DNA of 64,000 nt from Bacteroidales bacterium UBA1392 (GTDB taxonomy: Bacteria > Bacteroidota > Bacteroidia > Bacteroidales > UBA932): the NCBI GenBank assembly GCA_002305275.1, contig DBQO01000020.1, positions 2,963-66,962 of the forward strand, given 5' to 3'. A program made the position numbers and the translations under genes. Below, one piece after another: positions 26,262 to 34,345 of this stretch (within the stretch, counting starts at the first letter, position 1; each line of letters opens with the position of its first letter). The notes under the pieces are model-generated. The model was not told the DNA's origin. It saw nothing but the letters and a program-made list of their open reading frames with translations, and made no database searches.

Positions 26262-29200
26262 ACACCAATTTCTTGCATTCACAAACATTTCTATCCACGG
26301 AGTTACCACATCGTTACGATGTCCGTACGGGTAATAGGCCCAGTTCCACGGGCGAACGCAGCGCTCCGGATGGGGCATCATGGCAAGGTGTCGTCCATCT
26401 TCGCTGCATACTCCTGCAACAGCTTCAGGTGAGCCGTTAGGATTGCCGGGATATGCATCGTAGCTATACTTGAGAGCTATGTTATACTCAGATATAGGCT
26501 TAGGAAACTCAAATTTACCCTCACCGTGAGCTATCCAGACTCCCAGTTTACAACCCTGAAGGGACTTTAGCATAATTGCAGGTGATTCGGGGATGGTAAC
26601 TCCTATAAATCCGCTCTCAAATTTGCCTGAGGCATTGTGACGTAGCTTAGGTGCGGAAGCCCTATCTGAAAGGCTAATATAACCAAGCTCTCCCATCAAT
26701 TGACACCCATTACAAACGCCAAGGCTTAGTGTATCTTTACGAGCAAAGAAACGCTCGATGGTCTCCTTTGCCCTTTTGTTATACATCAACGTACCTGCCC
26801 AGCCTTTAGCCGATCCGAGTGTGTCGGCGTTGGAAAATCCTCCTACAAAGACCACCATCTGAGCCTCTTCCAAAGTCTCTCGTCCGCTGGTTAAGTCGGT
26901 AGTGTGAACATCTTTTACTTCGAAGCCGGCCAGGTAGAGAGCCCATGCCATCTCCCTTTCTCCATTGGATCCTTTTTCTCTGATAATTGCTGCAACGGGA
27001 CGCTTTGAGGGCTGTTCAGGCCTCTTTCCTGAGAATCCATTGGGAAATCGATAGGTGAGGGGCTGGAGTTTGTATTGAGCGTATCTCTTGGCAGCTTTCT
27101 CTTCTCCTGACTGTAGTTTATCGAATAGATATGAAGTTTTGTACCAAGTATCGCGCATCTTGTCGATATCGATGTCCAGACTATATGATGAGAGTTTGAG
27201 AGTCAGCTTCCTTTCCTGTTGCCATTCTCCGATCTCGTAGAAATTGATGCCCTGGCGGGTCAGCAGGGAGGCAGCTTCTCCTCCTGAGGTCTGTATGATG
27301 ACTCCCGGAGCCTCGCAGAAAAGGGCATCAGGTGAGGTGAAACTCAAGTCAATATAGAGTCCTCCGGTTGTATTGGGGAAACAGGTTTCCAACAGGGTAG
27401 TAACCAGGCCTCCGGCTGAAATGTCATGTCCGGAGAGGATATGGCCGTTGCTTATCAGCTCCTGGATGGTATTGAAACATTTTGCAAAGTATGCGGCATC
27501 ATCTACGTCAGGAGTATCATTACCCAGGTAACACTTTGTTTGTGCATAAATTGAGCCTCCGAGTGGATATACGTCGGTATGTGTAAAGGGTATCCAGAGG
27601 ATGTCACTGCTCTTTGATATCAGGTTGGGGTGGACTGTCTTACGGATATCTTTTGCAGGGCCCACAGTGGAGACGATCAGAGTTCCGGGGGAGAGTACCT
27701 TTGTACCATCGGGATACTTTTGTGTCATTGACAAGGAGTCTTTTCCTGTGGGAATGTTGATGCCGAGTGCTATTGCAAAGTCAGATGCTGCGCGTACGGC
27801 GTTGTATAGGCGTACATCCTCGCCTTCGTTTTTGCAGGGCCACATCCAGTTGGCGCTCAAAGAGACACTTTTGATACCACCCTCTATCGGAGTCCAAACC
27901 ATATTGGTGAGAGCCTCGGCTATTGCCATTCTGGAACCGGCTTCAGAGTCTATCAAGGCTACGGCGGGAGCATGACCGATAGAGGTGGCAATGCCCTCGT
28001 TGTCGTCATAACCTATCGCTGTAACTCCGAGATTATTTAGCGGAAGTTGGATTTCACCCGTACTCTGTTGGCAGGCAATCAGTCCGGTAACGGAGCGGTC
28101 AACCTTGTTAATAAGCCAATCCTTGCAGGCCACTGACTCTATTTGCAGTACTTTTTCTATAGAGGATAGGAGTTCATCTGCAGAAAAATTGCTTGGAGAG
28201 GGTACACCTTTGTAATCGTAGTTGACGGTGTTGTCCGTCATGACTGTTCCGGGTGTAGTTCCAAGCATATCTTCTATAGTGAGGTCTATAGGTACCTCGC
28301 CTGTCTGAAAGTTTTTTAAAGTGAAGTTGTGTTGCCCCGTAGTTTTGCCTATTCTATATAGAGGCGCACGTTCTCTTTCGGCTATTCTGCTAAGTTCATC
28401 CACATCCTTACTCTTCATTACCAGTCCCATACGCTCCTGAGATTCGTTACCGATAATCTCTTTAGCGGAAAGCGTAGGATCGCCAACGGGGAGGCAGCTG
28501 ATGTCAATGGTGCCGCCACTATGTTCTACAAGCTCCGAGAGGCAGTTTAGATGTCCGCCGGCTCCATGGTCATGCACTGATATTATGGTGTTGTGCTCTT
28601 TCTCTGCGATAGCCCTAATGGTATTGTAGACGCACTTCTGCATCTCCGGGTTGGAGCGTTGTATTGCATTAAGCTCTATAGCATTGGCAAATTCTCCGGT
28701 GGCTACCGACGACACGGCTCCTCCACCCATTCCTATGCGATAATTGTCGCCTCCGAGCAGAATAATCTCATCATCTGCCTCGGGAGAACCCTTTAAGGAG
28801 TCTTTCTTTTTGGCGTAGCCCACACCTCCCGCGAGCATGATCACCTTGTCAAAGCCATAATCAATTCCCTCTTCCGAGTGTTCGAAGGTGTAGAGCGAGC
28901 CGCATATAAGGGGTTGTCCAAACTTATTGCCAAAGTCTGATGCACCGTTGGATGCCTTGAGGAGTATCTCCAATGGAGTTTGGTAGAGCCATTTTCTGGG
29001 AGGTCTGCACTCCCATACTCTCTCTTTTTCACCTTCAAAGCGGGGATACGAGGTCATATAAACCGCAGTTCCCGCTATTGGGAAGGCTCCTTTGCCACCT
29101 GCAATGCGGTCTCTGATCTCTCCTCCGGTACCTGTAGCTGCTCCGTTGAAGGGCTCCACCGTAGTGGGAAAATTGTGTGTTTCCGCTTTCAGCGAAATGA

Positions 29201-29921
29201 CGGTCTCATGTTTGCTTTTTACAAAAAAATCGGGTTTGTCGCCTGATGCAGGGTGGAAAAGGTGGACCAGCGGACCCTCGACAAATGCACAATTGTCCTT
29301 GTACGCAGAGACGATCCTATCCGGATTGAGTTTTGATGTCTTCTTAATCATACTGAAAAGGGATGAAGGCATCTCCTTTCCGTCTATAATGAATGTACCG
29401 TTGAAAATCTTGTGGCGACAATGTTCGGAATTGACCTGTGAAAAGCCGAACACTTCAGAATCTGTGAGAGGTCTGCCAATACGGTCGCTCAGAGCGTGCA
29501 AATAGGCAATTTCTTCTTCTGAAAGAGCGAGACCTTCCTCTATGTTGTATTTATCTAAATCGGTGATCTGTTTTACCGGTTCAAATATATTATCGGTTGT
29601 AAAAATCTCCTGGTCAAGTCCGTTGTAGAGGCGCTGGAGCATCTTGTCAATCTCAGCATCCGGTCCGGATACCGGAAAATACTCTTCCATCCTCACAATA
29701 CCTTCGATATTCATATTATGTGCAATCTCCGTTGCAGTGGTACTCCAGGGAGTCACCATCTCTCTCCTGGGGCCGGCGAAAAAACCCTCAATATTTTCCG
29801 TACCGAGGTGTTCAGCTCCGGAGAAGAGCCAAGTCAGAGCCTGAATATTGTCATTGCTTAGTTTTATATCGCTCTTAACGGCTACGATAGTGCCTGTACT
29901 ACATTTGAAGAATGAAATCAT
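26244..29921 (-). CDS. purL: phosphoribosylformylglycinamidine synthase, single-chain large type
   Basis: About 1225 aa with a C-terminal glutamine amidotransferase domain (LGVCNGCQ). I chose ATG 29921 (MISFFK...) over the track's TTG 29951. Confidence 0.95.
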   Translation of the reverse strand: MISFFKCSTGTIVAVKSDIKLSNDNIQALTWLFSGAEHLGTENIEGFFAGPRREMVTPWSTTATEIAHNMNIEGIVRMEEYFPVSGPDAEIDKMLQRLYNGLDQEIFTTDNIFEPVKQITDLDKYNIEEGLALSEEEIAYLHALSDRIGRPLTDSEVFGFSQVNSEHCRHKIFNGTFIIDGKEMPSSLFSMIKKTSKLNPDRIVSAYKDNCAFVEGPLVHLFHPASGDKPDFFVKSKHETVISLKAETHNFPTTVEPFNGAATGTGGEIRDRIAGGKGAFPIAGTAVYMTSYPRFEGEKERVWECRPPRKWLYQTPLEILLKASNGASDFGNKFGQPLICGSLYTFEHSEEGIDYGFDKVIMLAGGVGYAKKKDSLKGSPEADDEIILLGGDNYRIGMGGGAVSSVATGEFANAIELNAIQRSNPEMQKCVYNTIRAIAEKEHNTIISVHDHGAGGHLNCLSELVEHSGGTIDISCLPVGDPTLSAKEIIGNESQERMGLVMKSKDVDELSRIAERERAPLYRIGKTTGQHNFTLKNFQTGEVPIDLTIEDMLGTTPGTVMTDNTVNYDYKGVPSPSNFSADELLSSIEKVLQIESVACKDWLINKVDRSVTGLIACQQSTGEIQLPLNNLGVTAIGYDDNEGIATSIGHAPAVALIDSEAGSRMAIAEALTNMVWTPIEGGIKSVSLSANWMWPCKNEGEDVRLYNAVRAASDFAIALGINIPTGKDSLSMTQKYPDGTKVLSPGTLIVSTVGPAKDIRKTVHPNLISKSSDILWIPFTHTDVYPLGGSIYAQTKCYLGNDTPDVDDAAYFAKCFNTIQELISNGHILSGHDISAGGLVTTLLETCFPNTTGGLYIDLSFTSPDALFCEAPGVIIQTSGGEAASLLTRQGINFYEIGEWQQERKLTLKLSSYSLDIDIDKMRDTWYKTSYLFDKLQSGEEKAAKRYAQYKLQPLTYRFPNGFSGKRPEQPSKRPVAAIIREKGSNGEREMAWALYLAGFEVKDVHTTDLTSGRETLEEAQMVVFVGGFSNADTLGSAKGWAGTLMYNKRAKETIERFFARKDTLSLGVCNGCQLMGELGYISLSDRASAPKLRHNASGKFESGFIGVTIPESPAIMLKSLQGCKLGVWIAHGEGKFEFPKPISEYNIALKYSYDAYPGNPNGSPEAVAGVCSEDGRHLAMMPHPERCVRPWNWAYYPYGHRNDVVTPWIEMFVNARNWCLAVGR

Positions 29922-29948
29922 ATCACAAGAGATTTTGGAAATATCATA

Positions 29949-29956
29949 CAAAAGTA
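29949..29956 (-). promoter_or_regulatory. candidate -7 promoter box for purL
   Basis: The minus strand reads TACTTTTG, 27 nt upstream of ATG 29921. Confidence 0.35.
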
Positions 29957-30023
29957 GTGCTTTTTGAGAGATATATCAGTTTTATTCCCCAAATTTGTGA
30001 CAAGGATATAAACAAGTTATCAA

Positions 30024-31364
30024 ATGGAGTTTTCGGAGAGTCTGTATGACGAAATGCTTGAATGGCTTTTCACACGTTTTCCCTCATATCAGAGAGTAGG
30101 TGATAGGGCTTTTAAGCCCGGTCTGGCCACAATGCGTGAATTCATTTCCCAACTTGGAGAGCCTCAGTCAGCCTACAGTGTAATCCATATAGCCGGCACC
30201 AATGGTAAAGGTTCGGTTTCACACATGACTGCTTCGGCCCTTGCGTGCTGTGGAATGAAGGTGGGACTCTATACTTCTCCTCACCTCAGAGATTTCCGTG
30301 AGAGGATGAAAATCATATCGAAAGGGACGACAGGTTGTTCCTATGAGATGATCTCAAAAGAGGAAGTATTTGCTTTCATGGAGAGATACCGTGACTTCCT
30401 TGATACTTACAACCCCTCATTCTTTGAAATCACCACGGCTATGGCATTTGACTGGTTTCGTAGCAGAGGGGTTGAGTTAGCTGTGATAGAATGCGGGCTG
30501 GGGGGCCGTCTGGACTCCACAAATGTGGTAACTCCATTGCTCTCGGTGATTACCAATATAGGATTGGAGCATCGGGAATATCTTGGTCACACATTGGAAG
30601 AAATAGCTCGTGAAAAAGCGGGTATCATCAAGAGAGGGGTACCTGCACTTATAGGAGAGCGCCAGCCGGAGACAAGTAAGGTCTTTGAAGAGATCGCTGC
30701 TGAGGTGGCCTCTTCGGGACTCTTTTTTGCCGAGGAACTTCCACTTTTCTTGCCTTTGTCCCCTGAAGAAATAGACCTCAAAGGAGATTACCAGCAGCGC
30801 AATCTTCGCACCGTTTCTGCCATCTTTTCATTATTAATTGGAAAAGGATTGCTCCATGTCGCGGATAGCGGGTGTGATATTGCAGCGTTGTCTTACGGAG
30901 TCTCAAATGCCGCCACCTTTACCGGTCTGCATGGAAGATGGGAGACTCTTAGAAAGAGGGCAGATTCAGGCGGTATTGCAGGTAAGGCTCCTATAATATG
31001 TGATACTGCCCACAATGCCCACGCTTTGCGGTGGGTCAGGGAGCAGATTGACAAGATTTCTTGTGATTATGACAATATTTTCCTTATATTGGGAGTGGTT
31101 GCGGACAAGGATGTGGATGGCATAGCTTCCTATCTGCCCCGGGATGTCAACTTTATTTTGACCAATAGTGAAGGGGAGAGGGCTTTGCCTGCTGCAAAAC
31201 TGGCTGACAGGCTTTCGGATCACGGCATAAACGGTCGTATAACCCATTCAGTCAGTGAGGCGCTGGAGATGGCGGATTCATTGGCAGGCGAAGAGGATCT
31301 GATATTCATTTGCGGCAGCAATTTTGTCGTGGCAGAAGTGTTGGAGATAGTATGTAGTGTGTAG
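30024..31364 (+). CDS. folC: bifunctional folylpolyglutamate synthase/dihydrofolate synthase
   Basis: 446 aa, Mur-ligase fold (HIAGTNGKGS P-loop, ECGLGGRLDSTN). The last residues and the TAG stop lie inside the heptamer array. Confidence 0.9.
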   Translation: MEFSESLYDEMLEWLFTRFPSYQRVGDRAFKPGLATMREFISQLGEPQSAYSVIHIAGTNGKGSVSHMTASALACCGMKVGLYTSPHLRDFRERMKIISKGTTGCSYEMISKEEVFAFMERYRDFLDTYNPSFFEITTAMAFDWFRSRGVELAVIECGLGGRLDSTNVVTPLLSVITNIGLEHREYLGHTLEEIAREKAGIIKRGVPALIGERQPETSKVFEEIAAEVASSGLFFAEELPLFLPLSPEEIDLKGDYQQRNLRTVSAIFSLLIGKGLLHVADSGCDIAALSYGVSNAATFTGLHGRWETLRKRADSGGIAGKAPIICDTAHNAHALRWVREQIDKISCDYDNIFLILGVVADKDVDGIASYLPRDVNFILTNSEGERALPAAKLADRLSDHGINGRITHSVSEALEMADSLAGEEDLIFICGSNFVVAEVLEIVCSV

Positions 31365-31486
31365 TATGTAGTGTGTAGTGTGTAGTGTGTAGTGTGTAGT
31401 TTGTAGTGTGTAGTTTGTAGTGTGTAGTTTGTAGTGTGTAGTGTATAGTGTGTAGTGTATAGTGTATAGTGTGTAGTATGTAGTAA
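31347..31486 (+). repeat. heptanucleotide array, 20 units of [G/A]TAGT[G/A/T]T
   Basis: I counted it unit by unit. The 140 nt contain no C. TAG recurs every 7 nt, so all three forward frames are closed within 21 nt, while the complementary strand is open in all frames. Confidence 0.95.
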
Positions 31487-31524
31487 GGAGTGTTGCGGGT
31501 TACGAGGTGAGGGTTCGAGGAAGT

Positions 31525-31669
31525 TTAGAGTAATTAGAGTAGGTAGAGATAGGTAGAGTAAGTAGAGTAAGTAGAGTAAGTATAGTAGGTAGAGTAGGTA
31601 TAGTAGGTATAGTAGGTATAGTAGGTATAGTAGGTAGAGTAAGTAGAGTAAGTAGAGTAAGTAGAGTGA
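31525..31669 (+). repeat. nonanucleotide array, about 16 units (GTAGAGTAA / GTAGAGTAG / GTATAGTAG)
   Basis: I counted it unit by unit. There are 13 exact-length units from 31553 to 31669 plus three degenerate leading units. It contains no C. Confidence 0.9.
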
Positions 31670-31751
31670 GGAACGGACTAAGTAAGTAATAAAAATTATA
31701 AGTAAGTGATAATAAGTTTTAAGTAAATAATATTTCATATAATAGACAGTA

Positions 31752-32843
31752 ATGCAAAGGATTAGATTCGTTTCGGCAATTTTGCTTTTTGTGGCGGCAA
31801 TAGTTTTCTTTTTGGGATGCACTGAGGAAACGGTAGAGAAGAGGGTTGCACGCTTGCATAAGAAGATGTTTACAATCGATACTCACAACGATTTTTCCAT
31901 GTGGCTTGAGAATCCGAATGGTGACTATGGAGTAAAGGGAGGGCAGGTCTCATTCCAACAGATGCATGATGGCGGTTTGGATGCCGCTTTCTTTGCAGCG
32001 TATCAGGATCAGGGACCCATTGATCCGGAATTCCATCGTTTTGCGCGAGAATATGCAGACACACTGATATTTTGCCTGAAACAATATGCTGAGAAGCATA
32101 GCGACCTTGGTGCCGTTGCTACCTCCATAGAGGAGATGAAAGCGCTCAAGAAGGCGGGCAAGGTGGCACTCTTCCTCTCAATAGAGAATGCCTGCTGTAT
32201 TGGCGATTCACTGCCGCTGGTTCAATATTATTATGATCAGGGCGTAAGGATGATAGGGCTGACTCACAATGGCAACAATGCCATAGCAGATGCCGGAACC
32301 ACGAAAGTAAAATTGCACGGAGGTCTTTCTGATTTCGGTAAAGAGGTGATTGCTGAGATGAATCGTCTCGGTATTGTGGTTGACCTGTCTCACGCTTCCA
32401 GAGATGCTACTCTCCAGGCGGTTCAGGTAAGTAAAACCCCTATTATTGCGAGTCACTCCTGTGTTTTCGCGGTTCGAGAACTATCACGCAATCTTACCGA
32501 CGAAGAGATCATAGCAATTGCTGAAAAGGGAGGAGTAGTGCATCTGGCCCTCGATGCCTGGCTATTGCGTTATGGACCCGATTACGATGCTGCTTCGCTG
32601 GATGATTTTATGAAACATCTGCATTACGTCATTGACCTGGTCGGAATCGACCATGTAGGTGTAGGAAGTGATTTTGACGGAGGTGGCGGATTGACTGACT
32701 GTAAGGATATGAGCGAGTATCACAACCTCACCAAACGCCTGATCGAAGAGGGGTTCTCCGATGAGGAGATAATAAAGATCTGGGGAGGAAACTTCCTCCG
32801 GGTATTTGAGGCGGTAGAGCGTTACGCAAAAGAACAACGTTGA
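31752..32843 (+). CDS. M19-family membrane dipeptidase lipoprotein
   Basis: 363 aa. Lipobox FLGC. Motifs FTIDTHNDF, GLTHNG.N and VDLSH are typical of renal-type dipeptidases. Confidence 0.85.
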   Translation: MQRIRFVSAILLFVAAIVFFLGCTEETVEKRVARLHKKMFTIDTHNDFSMWLENPNGDYGVKGGQVSFQQMHDGGLDAAFFAAYQDQGPIDPEFHRFAREYADTLIFCLKQYAEKHSDLGAVATSIEEMKALKKAGKVALFLSIENACCIGDSLPLVQYYYDQGVRMIGLTHNGNNAIADAGTTKVKLHGGLSDFGKEVIAEMNRLGIVVDLSHASRDATLQAVQVSKTPIIASHSCVFAVRELSRNLTDEEIIAIAEKGGVVHLALDAWLLRYGPDYDAASLDDFMKHLHYVIDLVGIDHVGVGSDFDGGGGLTDCKDMSEYHNLTKRLIEEGFSDEEIIKIWGGNFLRVFEAVERYAKEQR

Positions 32844-32844
32844 T

Positions 32845-32900
32845 AGTTGCGAGTTTTGAAGTCCGAGTTCTTAGTTTTGAATTCTGCGGTTCGAGTCAGA
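32845..32900 (+). repeat. degenerate heptamer-periodic tract, 8 units, consensus AGTTYYG
   Basis: AGTTGCG AGTTTTG AAGTCCG AGTTCTT AGTTTTG AATTCTG CGGTTCG AGTCAGA. It starts 1 nt after the TGA stop and runs into the stop of the convergent AtoE gene. Confidence 0.7.
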
Positions 32901-34248
32901 TAGTCCAAATTAAGAATCCCAAGCTGATAATTATTCCTGAAATCAAAAGATTTATCAGGCAGTAGCCCATTATATCCCTTGCTCCGAGTTTGGCTATGGC
33001 GAGTGCCGGAATGGCCCAAAAAGGTTGTATCAGATTCGTCCAGGCATCGCCCCAGGCAATAGCCATTCCCGTGACGGCGGGGGAGACTCCCAAAGCAGCT
33101 CCCGCAGGCATCATTATAGGTCCCTGAACAGCCCATTGACCTCCGCCCGATGGTATGAATATATTGACCAGGCCTGCACTGAGGAAGGTCAGAAGGGGAA
33201 ATGTATTTTCATTAGAAATTTTAACGAATAGAGTGCTTATTTCTCCCGCTAGCGAAACACCCTCAGCGGAGGTTCCTGTCATTATACCCATTATTCCGGC
33301 ATAAAATGGAAACTGGAGCAGGATACCTGCGCTACCTGCCGCTGCTTTGTTGAGTGATTTGACATAGGCGATAGGGGTCTTATGAAACACTATTCCAAGG
33401 AAAAGGAAGAGCATTATCACTGAGTTTAAATCCAATGACTCGCCACGTACGAAGAGTTTCATTACGAGAAAAGCAAACCCCATCAAAGCTATAATCATGG
33501 AGATGACAATGCTATTTTCGGCCTTTTCAGCCGGAGTCGAGGGTTTGAAAGAGCTCTCATCCTCCTCTTCCTTCAGTAGTCTCGGGTCCACTTCCACCAC
33601 CTCTTTGCCATTGGGATGCATGAGGGAATTGGCTACTACCAATGCAATTATTACAAATAGGCAAATCCCCAGATTATATAGAGAAAGAATGGTATTGCCG
33701 ATTGCAATTGGTTCCGTCACCACACCCATTGTGACTGCGGAGAGTGCAGCACCGGGAGTGGCAAGTGCAAGAGGAATGGAGCCTGAGATGCCTCCATGCC
33801 ATACCAAAAATCCGCTATAAGCGGAGGCAATCAGCAGACGATAATCTACGCCCCGCATTTTACGTGCAATGGATTTGGCGAATACCACTCCGATTATGAG
33901 ACCGAAACCCCAGTTGATCCAGCAGGCCAGTGCCGAAACAAGGGAGACTAAAGCTATCGCCCCAACAGCTCTTTTAGGCATGGATGCCAATTTCTCGAGT
34001 CCCCTTTTGACAGCGGGGGCATCGGCCAAAGTGGAACCGCAGACCAATACCAGAGCCATTTGCATGGAAAAAGCGAGTAGTTCCCACACGCCATTGCCCC
34101 AATTGTTCAAGACTTCCAACGGTGTCTGTTTGCATACGGGTATTGCAACAGCAAATGAAATGAATGTTAGCAGCAAAGCAAAAATGAAGGGCTCAGGCAA
34201 ATACCTTTGTACTAAGCGCACACTGGCGTTGACCATTTTTCTGAACAT
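32896..34248 (-). CDS. short-chain fatty acid transporter (AtoE family)
   Basis: 450 aa, polytopic. The N-terminus (VRLVQRYLPEPFIFALLLT) is typical of AtoE/TIGR00366 proteins. Confidence 0.8.
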   Translation of the reverse strand: MFRKMVNASVRLVQRYLPEPFIFALLLTFISFAVAIPVCKQTPLEVLNNWGNGVWELLAFSMQMALVLVCGSTLADAPAVKRGLEKLASMPKRAVGAIALVSLVSALACWINWGFGLIIGVVFAKSIARKMRGVDYRLLIASAYSGFLVWHGGISGSIPLALATPGAALSAVTMGVVTEPIAIGNTILSLYNLGICLFVIIALVVANSLMHPNGKEVVEVDPRLLKEEEDESSFKPSTPAEKAENSIVISMIIALMGFAFLVMKLFVRGESLDLNSVIMLFLFLGIVFHKTPIAYVKSLNKAAAGSAGILLQFPFYAGIMGIMTGTSAEGVSLAGEISTLFVKISNENTFPLLTFLSAGLVNIFIPSGGGQWAVQGPIMMPAGAALGVSPAVTGMAIAWGDAWTNLIQPFWAIPALAIAKLGARDIMGYCLINLLISGIIISLGFLIWTI

Positions 34249-34274
34249 AATAACGGCTTTTGAGAATTAATTTT

Positions 34275-34302
34275 CAAAGTTACTCTAAAATAGATACTTT
34301 TG
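34275..34302. promoter_or_regulatory. divergent candidate -7 boxes for AtoE (-) and SulP (+)
   Basis: CAAAGTTA at 34275-34282 is the minus-strand form of TAnnTTTG. TACTTTTG lies at 34295-34302 on the plus strand. Confidence 0.35.
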
Positions 34303-34345
34303 TGCTCGAAATTGAAAAGATAATCGAATTAATTCAGCATTCTAA

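Noticed and set aside
31347-31669. Possible CRISPR array
   Set aside because: The units are 7 and 9 nt, directly tandem, and have no spacers. No cas genes are in the window.
31220-31822. 200-aa minus-strand ORF with LYLLYLLY... and HTTHYTLHTT... repeats
   Set aside because: It is a translation artefact of the 9-mer and 7-mer arrays. The complement of the C-free repeats lacks stop codons in every frame. It overlaps the 3' end of folC and the 5' end of the dipeptidase gene, and it has no plausible start context.
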